From contig JBGQHJ010000092.1 in NCBI GenBank assembly GCA_041497895.1, positions 1 through 20,196 of the forward strand: a DNA stretch of 20,196 bases, read 5' to 3'. Below the pieces are notes generated by a model. The model was not told the DNA's origin. It saw nothing but the letters and a program-made list of their open reading frames with translations, and made no database searches. The DNA comes from Candidatus Methylomirabilia bacterium (GTDB lineage Bacteria; Methylomirabilota; Methylomirabilia; Rokubacteriales; CSP1-6). This document shows positions 1 through 8,193 of the stretch, piece by piece (position 1 is the stretch's first letter; every line of letters starts with the position of its first letter). The position numbers and the translations under genes were made by a program.

Positions 1-5
1 ACGGG

Positions 6-80
6 TGGAGCGGGAAACGGGATTCGAACCCGCGACCCCCAGCTTGGAAGGCTGGCGCTCTACCGCTGAGCTATTCCCGC
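6..80 (-). tRNA. tRNA-Gly (anticodon UCC), CCA encoded
   Basis: Reverse complement GCGGGAATAGCTCAGCGGTAGAGCGCCAGCCTTCCAAGCTGGGGGTCGCGGGTTCGAATCCCGTTTCCCGCTCCA folds as a cloverleaf, with anticodon arm CCAGC-CT-TCC-AA-GCTGG, T-loop TTCGAAT and 3' CCA. Confidence 0.98.
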
Positions 81-127
81 CCGTTTTCCCGACGCGCTCG
101 ATATCGCTCAAGATTGACGGCAACAAG

Positions 128-213
128 TGGTGGGGAGAGGAGGATTTGAACCTCCGAAGGCGTTCGCCAGCAGATTTACAGTCTGCCCCCTTTGGCCACT
201 TGGGTATCTCCCC
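128..213 (-). tRNA. tRNA-Tyr (anticodon GUA), long variable arm, CCA encoded
   Basis: Acceptor stem GGGGAGA/TCTCCCC, anticodon arm GCAGA-CT-GTA-AA-TCTGC, variable arm GGCGAACGCC, T-loop TTCAAAT, ends ACCA; 86 nt. Confidence 0.98.
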
Positions 214-248
214 GCCTGCCCCCAGATCGCGTAACCCCTTGATGTTAC

Positions 249-323
249 TGGCGCTGGCGGGAGGATTTGAACCCCCGACCCACTGCTTACAAGGCAGTTG
301 CTCTACCCCTGAGCTACGCCAGC
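249..323 (-). tRNA. tRNA-Thr (anticodon UGU), CCA encoded
   Basis: Acceptor stem GCTGGCG/CGCCAGC, anticodon arm ACTGC-CT-TGT-AA-GCAGT, T-loop TTCAAAT, ends GCCA. The Thr-Tyr-Gly order matches the conserved tRNA cluster that usually precedes tuf. Confidence 0.97.
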
Positions 324-337
324 AGTCGCAAACCCTC

Positions 338-366
338 ACTCTAGGTTCGGCCCCACATCAAGTCAA
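338..366 (-). promoter_or_regulatory. sigma70-type promoter for the tRNA cluster
   Basis: Minus strand TTGACT (366-361), 17-nt spacer, TAGAGT (343-338), in an AT-richer patch about 15 nt upstream of the tRNA-Thr 5' end. Confidence 0.75.
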
Positions 367-377
367 GGGTTTTTCTG

Positions 378-1307
378 TCAAGTCTTTTCTCCGCGAGCCC
401 GCTGGCGGAGGACCTCGTAACAAAGGACCGCCGCGGCGGCCGAGACGTTCAGCGATCCGAGTCGCCCCCGCATCGGCAGGCTCGTCAGGAAGTCGCAGCT
501 CCGGGCCACCAGCGGCCTCAGCCCCTCCCCCTCCCCCCCCAGCACCAAGCACAGGGGGCCGGTCAAGTCCATCTCCCACGGGATCTTCCCACCGGTGGGA
601 ACTGCTCCGACGATCCAGACCCCTTGCTTCTTCAGCTCCTCGAGGGCCTGGACCATGTTCGTCTCGCGGGCCACCGGAACGAGCTCGGCCGCCCCCATCG
701 CCGACTTGGCCGCGGCGCCGGTGAGCCCGGCCGCGTGATGCTTGGGCACGATCAGCCCGTGGACGCCCGTGACCTCGGCGGACCGGAGCACCGCCCCCAG
801 ATTACGAGGGTCCTGAACCTGGTCCAGCGCCACGAAGAACGGGGTCTCTCCCCGGCTGGCCGGGATCTCGAGGAGGTCGGCCAGCGACGAGTAGCTCGCG
901 CCGGCCACCCGGGCCACTACCCCCTGATGGTGGGGGTCCCCGGCGATGGCGGTGAGCTGGTCCCGGGTCCGGAACGAGATCTTGACCCCCCGGCGCCGGG
1001 CGAGGTTCAGCAGGTCGTGGAGCGCGGGCCCGCGACCTTCGGACAGGATGGCGATCTCCTCCACCCGCCGGCTGCCCGCCCGAAGGAGCTCCAGCACCGG
1101 GTTCCGTCCGAAGAGGGGTTGGCCTTCGTCTTCCGGCTGCTCCCGCGACGACTCATGAGGTGGAGGTTCCCGCAGCACGGGCTCCCGCGGTGGCGGCGGT
1201 GTCCGCGGCGGGCCCATCCGCGGTGGGTTCGGCCGGGAAGGGTTCGGCCGCGACGGCTCCCGGCGGGGCATTCCCCGACGGGGGTCTCCGGAGCGCTCGC
1301 GGCTCAT
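378..1307 (-). CDS. rlmB: 23S rRNA (guanosine-2251-2'-O)-methyltransferase RlmB (SPOUT/TrmH family) with a Pro/Arg-rich N-terminal extension
   Basis: Motifs LFGRNPVLE, HQGVVA, LDQVQDPRNLGAVLRSA, LVLGGEGEGLR, SLNVSAAAAV. ATG overlaps the cysS stop (ATGA, 1304-1307). Follows cysS as in many bacteria. Confidence 0.93.
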   Translation of the reverse strand: MSRERSGDPRRGMPRREPSRPNPSRPNPPRMGPPRTPPPPREPVLREPPPHESSREQPEDEGQPLFGRNPVLELLRAGSRRVEEIAILSEGRGPALHDLLNLARRRGVKISFRTRDQLTAIAGDPHHQGVVARVAGASYSSLADLLEIPASRGETPFFVALDQVQDPRNLGAVLRSAEVTGVHGLIVPKHHAAGLTGAAAKSAMGAAELVPVARETNMVQALEELKKQGVWIVGAVPTGGKIPWEMDLTGPLCLVLGGEGEGLRPLVARSCDFLTSLPMRGRLGSLNVSAAAAVLCYEVLRQRARGEKT

Positions 1308-2734
1308 GACTGGAGCTTCCAGCTCGTCCCGTCCCGCGTGTCCTCCAGGACCACCCCCAGCCGGCCCAGCTCCTCGCGAAGCCGGTCGGCCTCGGCGAAG
1401 TCCCGCTGCCGGCGCGCCTCCTGCCGGAGGTAGACGAGCGACTCGATCCTGGCCTTGAGCTGGGGATCGATGGCGGTGACCCGGCGGCTGCCGCCTTCGA
1501 GCAGCCCCAGCACCTGGCTCAGCATGACCAGCTCGCCCACCCCCATGAGGAAGGCGCCCGCGCCCGCCGCGCCCTGCGCCACCTGCTCGCGCGCGGCGTG
1601 GAGCACCCGCGCCAGGTCGAAGAGCACGCCCAGGGCCTGGGGCGTGTTGAAGTCGTCGTCCATGGCGGCCTCGAACCGCGCCCGCTGCGCCGCCACCTGG
1701 TCGAACAGCCCGCCGTCGGGCCCCGGCGCGGGCGTCCCGCGCGAGGCGATGCGCTCCGCCTCCTCCTTGAGCGCCCGCAGCCGCGCGAGGGCACGCCCGG
1801 CCTCGGTGATCCGCTCATCGCCGAACTCGAGCGGGTTGCGGTAGTGGGTCCCGAGCAGGTAGAGGCGCAGCGCCTCGGGATCGTGCCGCCTCACCAGGTC
1901 CTTGATCGTGAGCGTGTTGCCGAGCGACTTCGACATCTTCTCGGCGCCCAGGTTCACGAACCCGTTGTGCAGCCAGTGGCGCGCGAACGGCTTGCCGGTC
2001 GCGGCCTCCGACTGGGCGATCTCGTTCTCGTGGTGGGGGAAGATCAGGTCCTCACCCCCGCCGTGCATGTCGAGCGTCTCGCCGAGGTACTGCATCGCCA
2101 TCGCCGAGCACTCGATGTGCCAGCCCGGCCGGCCCTCGCCCCACGGGCTCTTCCACGCGGGCTCGCCCGGCTTGGTCGCCTTCCAGAGCGCGAAGTCGAG
2201 CGGGTCGCGCTTGCGCTCGTCAACCTCGACGCGGGCCCCCGCCTGCAGCTCTTCCAGGTTCTTGCCCGAGAGCTTGCCGTAGCCCGGGAAGCGGCGCACC
2301 TCGAAGTAGACGTCGCCCTCGACCGGATAGGCCACGCCCTGGCGGATGAGGCGCTCGATCAGGGCGATCATCTGCGGGACGTGCTCGGTGGCCTTGGGCT
2401 CCACGTCGGCGGGCAGGACGCCGAGCGACGCCATGTCGGCCCGGTATTCCGCGATGTAGCGCTCGGAGATCTCCTGGGCCGAGACGCCTTCCTGGTTCGC
2501 GCGCCGGATGATCTTGTCGTCCACGTCGGTGAAGTTCCTCACGAACTTCACCGCGTATCCGCGGTGACGGATGTACCGGCGGATGACGTCGAACACGATG
2601 GCGCTCCGTCCGTGGCCGATGTGGCTCGCGTCCCAGACGGTGACGCCGCAGACGTAGATCCGCATCTCGCCCCCGCGCCCGGGCGCCAGATCCTCCTTGC
2701 GCCGGGTCATGGTGTTGAACGCGCGCAGGGCCAT
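1304..2734 (-). CDS. cysS: Cysteine--tRNA ligase
   Basis: YVCGVTV, HIGH, NFTDVDDKII, DFALWK, GRPGWHIECSAM, HGGGEDLIFPHHENE and KMSKS motifs. Start placed at ATG 2734 (MALRAFNT...), overlapping the ispF stop (TGATG). Confidence 0.97.
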   Translation of the reverse strand: MALRAFNTMTRRKEDLAPGRGGEMRIYVCGVTVWDASHIGHGRSAIVFDVIRRYIRHRGYAVKFVRNFTDVDDKIIRRANQEGVSAQEISERYIAEYRADMASLGVLPADVEPKATEHVPQMIALIERLIRQGVAYPVEGDVYFEVRRFPGYGKLSGKNLEELQAGARVEVDERKRDPLDFALWKATKPGEPAWKSPWGEGRPGWHIECSAMAMQYLGETLDMHGGGEDLIFPHHENEIAQSEAATGKPFARHWLHNGFVNLGAEKMSKSLGNTLTIKDLVRRHDPEALRLYLLGTHYRNPLEFGDERITEAGRALARLRALKEEAERIASRGTPAPGPDGGLFDQVAAQRARFEAAMDDDFNTPQALGVLFDLARVLHAAREQVAQGAAGAGAFLMGVGELVMLSQVLGLLEGGSRRVTAIDPQLKARIESLVYLRQEARRQRDFAEADRLREELGRLGVVLEDTRDGTSWKLQS

Positions 2735-3213
2735 CAGGGGGTCTCCACGCTGACCACCGCCATCGAGGCGATGCCCTCGCCACGCCCGAGCAGCCCCAGG
2801 TGCTCCGGGCTCTTGGCCTTGACGCTCACCCGGCCCGGCCCGAGAGCCATGGCCTGGCCCAGCTGCCGGGCCATCTCGGGCAGGAACGAAGCCAGGCGGG
2901 GGGCCTGGCAGATCACCGTCGCGTCCACGTTCACCACGCGCGCTCCCTTGCTGGACAAGAGCTCCATGACCGACCGCAACAGCCCGAGGCTCGACGCTCC
3001 TTTGTAGCGCGGATCGGTGTCCGGGAACAGCCGCCCCAGGTCCCCCAGCGCGAGCGCCCCCAGGAGCGCCTCGCACACCGCGTGGGTCAGCACGTCGGCG
3101 TCCGAGTGGCCGCCCAGCCCGAGCGTGGAGGGCACCGTCACCCCGCCCAGCACCAGGGGCCGATCCTCGACCAGCGGATGCAGGTCGAAGCCGAGCCCGG
3201 CGCGGACGATCAT
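2734..3213 (-). CDS. ispF: 2-C-methyl-D-erythritol 2,4-cyclodiphosphate synthase
   Basis: GLGFDLH, LVLGGV, GHSDADVLTHA, GDLGRLFPDTD and SVKAKSPE motifs. ATG 3213 overlaps the ispD stop (ATGA). Confidence 0.96.
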   Translation of the reverse strand: MIVRAGLGFDLHPLVEDRPLVLGGVTVPSTLGLGGHSDADVLTHAVCEALLGALALGDLGRLFPDTDPRYKGASSLGLLRSVMELLSSKGARVVNVDATVICQAPRLASFLPEMARQLGQAMALGPGRVSVKAKSPEHLGLLGRGEGIASMAVVSVETP

Positions 3214-3893
3214 GCCCGGCGGCGGGGCCTGACCCAGGCGCGAGCGGTCCGGAGATCCTCGGGTGTCGTGATCTTGAGATTCTGTGCCAGGCCGGGAACC
3301 ATTGCCACCGGCATCCCGAGCCGCTCCACCAGCACCGCGTCGTCGGTGCCGGCGAAGCCGTCGCGGCGCGCCTTGTCGTGGGCCTCCCACAGCAGGTCGC
3401 GGGCGAAGGCCTGCGGGGTCTGGGTGAGCCAGAGACCCTGGCGCGGAACGGTCGCCGCGACCACGCCGTCGGTCACCCGCTTGACCGTATCCCGCACCGG
3501 CAACCCGCAGGTGGCCGCGCCGGCGGCGGCGGCGGCCCGCACCCGCTCGATCAGGTCGGGAGTGACGAAGGGCCGCACCGCGTCGTGCACGACGACGAAG
3601 CGCGCGTCCTCCGGAACCCGCTGCAGCCCGCGCCAGACGGACTCCTGCCGGTCGGCCCCGCCCGCCACGACGTCCAGGATCTTGGGGACGCGGGCCCGCG
3701 TGAGCAAGCGCCGGGTCGCCGACACGTGGGCCGCGGGCACCGCGACGACGATGCCGGCCAGCGAGCGAGCGCGGCCGAGCGCACGGAGGGTGGCCACGAG
3801 GATGGGAGCCCGACCCAGGCGGAGATATTGCTTGGGTCGGCGGGAGCCCATGCGCGCGCCATGGCCTCCCGCCGGGACGATCGCGTACGTCAC
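3210..3893 (-). CDS. ispD: 2-C-methyl-D-erythritol 4-phosphate cytidylyltransferase
   Basis: AIVPAGGHGARMG, PKQYL, GGADRQESV, VHDAVRPF, QTPQAF, TDDA and NLKITTPEDL motifs. GTG start overlaps the upstream stop (GTGA). Confidence 0.96.
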   Translation of the reverse strand: MTYAIVPAGGHGARMGSRRPKQYLRLGRAPILVATLRALGRARSLAGIVVAVPAAHVSATRRLLTRARVPKILDVVAGGADRQESVWRGLQRVPEDARFVVVHDAVRPFVTPDLIERVRAAAAAGAATCGLPVRDTVKRVTDGVVAATVPRQGLWLTQTPQAFARDLLWEAHDKARRDGFAGTDDAVLVERLGMPVAMVPGLAQNLKITTPEDLRTARAWVRPRRRA

Positions 3894-4900
3894 CGCGATG
3901 CGTTCTCCTCGTCGCGCTGACGCGCGAAGATCATGCGGCCGGCCGCGGTCTGGTAGATGGTGGTCACCGTGACGTCCACCGTCTGGCCGATGAGGCGCTT
4001 GCCGTGCTCCACCACCACCATCGTGCCGTCGTCGAGGTAGGCCACGCCCTGGTTGGCCTCCTTGCCCTCCTTGACGATGTGCACGTGCAGGGGCTCGCCG
4101 GGCAGCACCACCGGCTTGAGCGCGTTGGCGAGCTCGTTGATGTTGAGGACCGACACTCCCGACAGCTCCGCCACCCGGTTCAGGTTGTAGTCGTTGGTGA
4201 CGATCTTGCCGCCGGTGGCGCGCGCGAGCTCGATGAGCTTGCGGTCCACCTCCCGCGCGTGGGCGAAGTCGACGTCATCGATGCGGATGGTCACCCGGGG
4301 CACCCGCTGCAGCCGCTGCAGCACGTCGAACCCGCGCTTGCCGCGATTGCGCTTGAGCGCGTCGCTCGAGTCGGCGATCTGCTGCAGCTCGCGCAGCACG
4401 AACTGCGGCACCAGCAGCGGGCCGGCCAGGAAGCCGGTCTGGCAGACCTCCACGATGCGCCCGTCGATGATGACCGAGGTGTCGAGGATCTTGTCGCCCT
4501 CCTGGCGCGCCGCCGTCTTCGGGAAGAGCTTGACCGACATGTCCTCGAGCTCGTCCCGCTTCGCGAGCGTCACCGTCGCGCCGAGGTAGCCCAGCAGCAG
4601 CGCGAAGAGCCCGCGACCGAGCGCGCCCGCGCCCGGCACGATCGCCTCGAGCGCGGTGCCGAGACCGAGACCGAGGACCACGCCCAGCATCGAGCCGGTC
4701 GCCCCCCAGAAGAGCCGGTCCACCGGGATCCGGCGGGCCTGCCACTCGAGCAACACGACCAGGACTCCGGCCAGGAAGCCGGCGCCGCCGAGGAAGAGGT
4801 TGTTGGGGGCGTGCAGGCCCAGCGCGTGCGCCAGCGCGAAGCCGGCGGCGGTGGCCGCCATCAGCACGAGCACCCGGACGATGAGAATGCCTATCTGCAT
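3890..4900 (-). CDS. Membrane-anchored PIN/TRAM domain protein (YacL family)
   Basis: About four N-terminal hydrophobic helices, PIN motifs KILDTSVIIDGRI, ELQQIADS and TNDYNLNRVA, and C-terminal TRAM GKEANQGVAYLDDGTMVVVE. Lies between radA and ispD like B. subtilis yacL. Confidence 0.92.
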   Translation of the reverse strand: MQIGILIVRVLVLMAATAAGFALAHALGLHAPNNLFLGGAGFLAGVLVVLLEWQARRIPVDRLFWGATGSMLGVVLGLGLGTALEAIVPGAGALGRGLFALLLGYLGATVTLAKRDELEDMSVKLFPKTAARQEGDKILDTSVIIDGRIVEVCQTGFLAGPLLVPQFVLRELQQIADSSDALKRNRGKRGFDVLQRLQRVPRVTIRIDDVDFAHAREVDRKLIELARATGGKIVTNDYNLNRVAELSGVSVLNINELANALKPVVLPGEPLHVHIVKEGKEANQGVAYLDDGTMVVVEHGKRLIGQTVDVTVTTIYQTAAGRMIFARQRDEENASR

Positions 4901-4907
4901 TCAGCCC

Positions 4908-6278
4908 TCACGGCCCCAGCAGGACTTTCACTGCCTCGTCCACCGAGCCCACGCCCTGCACGTCGAGCGCCAGGCCGGCGACACCGGAGAGGCTGCTCTG
5001 GGGCACCACGGCCGCGCCGAAGCCAAGGGCCGCCGCCTCCTTGAGCCGCGCCTCCAGTCCGGTCACCGCCCGAACCTCCCCGGCCAGTCCCACCTCCCCG
5101 ACCACCACCAGATCTCCCCGCACCGGCCGGTCGAGGTAGCTCGAGGCCGCCGCGAGCACCAGGCCGAGGTCCGCCGCGGGCTCGGACGCCCGCGCGCCCC
5201 CGGCGACGTTGACGAAGGCGTCCTGCGACTGCAGCGGGAAGCCCACCCGCTTCTCGAGCACCGCCAGGAGCAAGCATACGCGATTGTAGTCAGCACCCAG
5301 CACAGTACGGCGCGGGGTCCCGAACCCGGCCGGGGTGACCAGGGCCTGGATCTCGACCAGGAGGGGCCGGGTGCCCTCGAGGCAGGCCACCACCACCGAC
5401 CCCGCGGCGTCCTTGGGTCGCTCGGCCAGGAAGAACCCGGAGGGGTTCCGGACCTCGGTCAGGCCCCGCGCCCCCATTTCGAAGACCCCGATCTCATTGG
5501 TGGATCCGAAGCGATTCTTGACCGCGCGCAGCACCCGGTAGGCGTGGTGCTGCTCCCCCTCGAAGTAGAGGACCGTGTCCACCAGGTGCTCCAGCACGCG
5601 GGGCCCGGCGATCGCGCCCTCCTTGGTGACGTGCCCGACCAGGAACGTGGCGATGCCGCGGCCCTTGGCCAGCGCCATGAGCCGGGCGCCGCACTCCCGG
5701 ACCTGGCTCACGCTGCCCGGCGCGGACTCGAGACCCGGCAGGTAGACCGTCTGGATGGAGTCCACGATCAGGAAGCGGGGGGCCAGCGCGACCACGTGAG
5801 CCTCCACCGTCTCCAGATCCGTCTCGGCCACGAAGAAGAGGCCGGGCGGCGCGGCCCCGAGGCGGTCCGCCCGGAGCTTCACCTGGGCGGCCGACTCCTC
5901 GCCCGAGACGTAGAGGACCGGGCCCGCCCGCTCGGCGAGCTGCCGGCTCACCTGGAGCAGCAGGGTCGACTTGCCGATGCCGGGATCGCCGCCGATGAGC
6001 ACGAGCGATCCCGTCACCACGCCGCCGCCGAGCACGCGGTCCAGCTCCGCCATGCCGCTCGACGTCCGCTGGCCGCCGGCCTCCACGCGGATCTCGCCGA
6101 TCGGCTGGGGCCGCGTCGCCGCGAGGCTCGGCCGCGCCGCCGGGCCGCGCGCGGGCGCCACCCGCTCCTCGACGAGCTGGACGTAGGTGCCGACCCGGGC
6201 GCAGTCGGGACAGGTGCCGGGCTTCGGGGCGGCGAGCCCGCACTCCTGGCAGCGGTAGGTGGAGCGGTCGCGCGCCAT
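4908..6278 (-). CDS. radA: DNA repair protein RadA/Sms
   Basis: N-terminal CxxC...CxxC, ELDRVLGGG, Walker A GGDPGIGKST, YVSGEES, DSIQT, GHVTKEG, KNRFG and Lon-like C-terminal domain (EGTRPLLVEIQAL, GEVGLAGEVR). ATG overlaps the mlaD stop (TGATG). Confidence 0.97.
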   Translation of the reverse strand: MARDRSTYRCQECGLAAPKPGTCPDCARVGTYVQLVEERVAPARGPAARPSLAATRPQPIGEIRVEAGGQRTSSGMAELDRVLGGGVVTGSLVLIGGDPGIGKSTLLLQVSRQLAERAGPVLYVSGEESAAQVKLRADRLGAAPPGLFFVAETDLETVEAHVVALAPRFLIVDSIQTVYLPGLESAPGSVSQVRECGARLMALAKGRGIATFLVGHVTKEGAIAGPRVLEHLVDTVLYFEGEQHHAYRVLRAVKNRFGSTNEIGVFEMGARGLTEVRNPSGFFLAERPKDAAGSVVVACLEGTRPLLVEIQALVTPAGFGTPRRTVLGADYNRVCLLLAVLEKRVGFPLQSQDAFVNVAGGARASEPAADLGLVLAAASSYLDRPVRGDLVVVGEVGLAGEVRAVTGLEARLKEAAALGFGAAVVPQSSLSGVAGLALDVQGVGSVDEAVKVLLGP

Positions 6279-7429
6279 CAGCGGCCCCCGGCCCCGGCCG
6301 ACTCGACGGCGCGGCCCGAGTCGATCGTGGAGCGGATGAGCGTCCGCAGCAGGAAGCTGCGACGGGCGCCCTCGAGGAACTGCACGAGGTTCTCGTACAC
6401 CGTCGGGTCCTCGAGCAGGCCGCCCATGGTGCCCTCGCCCGCCTTGAGCTTGTCGGTGACCACGCGGAGGTTGGCCATCGCGGCGCGGAAGTCCGCGGTG
6501 GCGTCGCCGAGGGCGCCCGCGGTGCCGTCGGCGCCGTCGCGGGTGAGCTGGCCGAGCAGGCCCTGCCCCTGGGCCACCCGCTCGGACACGTCGCGGAAGT
6601 TGTGGGCCACCGCGCGCAGGTCGTCGGCCACCGCCTTGTACTGCGGATCGTAGAGCAGCGCGCTCAGCAGGGTGTCCCGCCCGTCCGCCTTCTCCGCCCC
6701 GCGGCCGAGCGCGTCCATCGCGGCCAGGAGCGCGCGGGCCGACTTGCCGCTCTCGGGCGAGAGCAGGACCCCCACCGCGCTGTCGCCCTGCTCGGCCCGG
6801 GCCAGGATCTGCTGGGTGCGCGCGAGAATCGCGTTGAGCCGGTTGAGCGACTCCGGCTCGTCGTAGACCAGGGTGTGGACCAGTCCCTTGCCGGTCTCCA
6901 CCTCCTTGGCGATGCGATCGACGCGCGCCACCGTGGTCTTGAGCCCGGCGGTCAGCTCCTTCACCGTCTGCATGGTCTCGATCCCGGCCTTGAACATCTG
7001 CTGCATCTCGAACGGCTCGGTCGACACCAGGGTCTCCCCGGGCTGAAGGGGCGCCGCCGCGGTGGAGCCGAGCGTGATCTCGACGATCTTGTCGCCGAGC
7101 AGGCCCTGGGTGGCGATGCGCGCCTCGGAGTCGCGCCGGATGCGCTCCGAGAAGCGCCGCGCGATCGTGAGGGTGACCCGCACCTTGCCGCCCGGCTTCT
7201 CGGACAGCGTCACCGCGGTCACCCGGCCGACCTGCACCCCGGCCAGCCGCACGGTGGCGCCCTCGATGAGGCCGCCCACCTCGGTGAACTCGGCGATCAG
7301 GTCGTACTTGCGCTCGAAGTAGCGAGCCTGCGCCCCGAGCAGGTAGATCATCGCGAAGAACACGAGCAGGCCGGACAGGATGAAGGCGCCGATGCGGACC
7401 TGGAGGGCCAGCTGGGAGTGCTCGGCCAC
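6278..7429 (-). CDS. MlaD/MCE family protein with a long C-terminal helical region
   Basis: N-terminal TM anchor (VRIGAFILSGLLVFFAMIYLLG), MCE motifs FTEVGGLIEGATVRLAGVQVGRV and ARIATQGLLGDKIVEIT. Start placed at GTG 7429, 2 nt after the mlaF stop; the exact start is inferred. Confidence 0.9.
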   Translation of the reverse strand: MAEHSQLALQVRIGAFILSGLLVFFAMIYLLGAQARYFERKYDLIAEFTEVGGLIEGATVRLAGVQVGRVTAVTLSEKPGGKVRVTLTIARRFSERIRRDSEARIATQGLLGDKIVEITLGSTAAAPLQPGETLVSTEPFEMQQMFKAGIETMQTVKELTAGLKTTVARVDRIAKEVETGKGLVHTLVYDEPESLNRLNAILARTQQILARAEQGDSAVGVLLSPESGKSARALLAAMDALGRGAEKADGRDTLLSALLYDPQYKAVADDLRAVAHNFRDVSERVAQGQGLLGQLTRDGADGTAGALGDATADFRAAMANLRVVTDKLKAGEGTMGGLLEDPTVYENLVQFLEGARRSFLLRTLIRSTIDSGRAVESAGAGGR

Positions 7430-7431
7430 CG

Positions 7432-8193
7432 CTAGATCTCCCGCAGCTCGCCGGCCAGGAACCGGCGCACGTCGACGTTGGCGGAGCGATGGATCTCGGC
7501 GGGCGTGCCGACGTCGGCGAACGTCCCGTCGAGCAGGATCGCCATCTGGTCGGCTACCATCTCGGCGAACTCGACGTCGTGGGTCACCACGATGGCGGTG
7601 TCGCAGACGCCGGTGCGGAGCTGGGCGATGAGCTGGGCCACCAGCCGGGCGTTGGTCGGATCGAGGCCGGCGGTGGGCTCGTCGAAGAACACCACCTCCG
7701 GCTCCACCACGAGGGCCCGCGCGATGCCCACCCGCTTGCGCATGCCACCGCTCAGCTCGGCGGGCATGAGCTCGTCGGTGTCGGGCAGCCCCACCAGCGT
7801 CAGGAAGTGATGCACGCGCTCGGTGATCTCGCGGAGCGACATCCGGGTGTGCTCCCGCAGCGGGTAGGCCACGTTCTCGAACACCGAGAGGGAATCGAAG
7901 AGGGCCGCGCCCTGGAACACGAAGCCGGTCCGCCGCCGGATCGGCAGCATGCCTTCCTCGCTCATCCGGTCGATCCGCGAGCCGAACAGGTACACGCCCC
8001 CCGAGTCGGGGTAGATCAGGCCGGAGGCGATGCGCAGGAGCACGGTCTTGCCGCTCCCGCTCCCGCCCATCACCGCGAGGATCGTCCCCTTGGCCAGGGC
8101 CAGGTCGATCCCGCGCAGTACCTGCTTGCGGTCGAACGACTTCCACACGTCCCGGAGCTCGACGAGGGGTCCCACTTGGGTCACCGCGCTCAC
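7432..8193 (-). CDS. ABC transporter ATP-binding protein, MlaF/Mkl family
   Basis: Walker A GGSGSGKT, Q-loop VFQGAALFDSLSVFENVAYPL, signature LSGGMRKRVGIARAL, Walker B FFDEPTAGLDP, H-loop VVTHD. GTG 8193 overlaps the mlaE stop (GTGA); GTG 8184 is an alternative start. Confidence 0.93.
   Translation of the reverse strand: MSAVTQVGPLVELRDVWKSFDRKQVLRGIDLALAKGTILAVMGGSGSGKTVLLRIASGLIYPDSGGVYLFGSRIDRMSEEGMLPIRRRTGFVFQGAALFDSLSVFENVAYPLREHTRMSLREITERVHHFLTLVGLPDTDELMPAELSGGMRKRVGIARALVVEPEVVFFDEPTAGLDPTNARLVAQLIAQLRTGVCDTAIVVTHDVEFAEMVADQMAILLDGTFADVGTPAEIHRSANVDVRRFLAGELREI

Noticed and set aside
1..330. Prophage or island integration at the tRNA genes
   Set aside because: No duplicated tRNA 3' end, integrase or compositional shift in the window.
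5..724. 239-aa plus-strand ORF
   Set aside because: Antisense to three tRNA genes and rlmB; its N-terminus is the typical translation of reverse-complemented tRNA.
2633..2635. CysRS CGVTVWD has Trp where Tyr is usual (CGxTVYD)
   Set aside because: Conservative aromatic change; HIGH, KMSKS and Zn-ligand motifs are intact, so there is no evidence of altered function.
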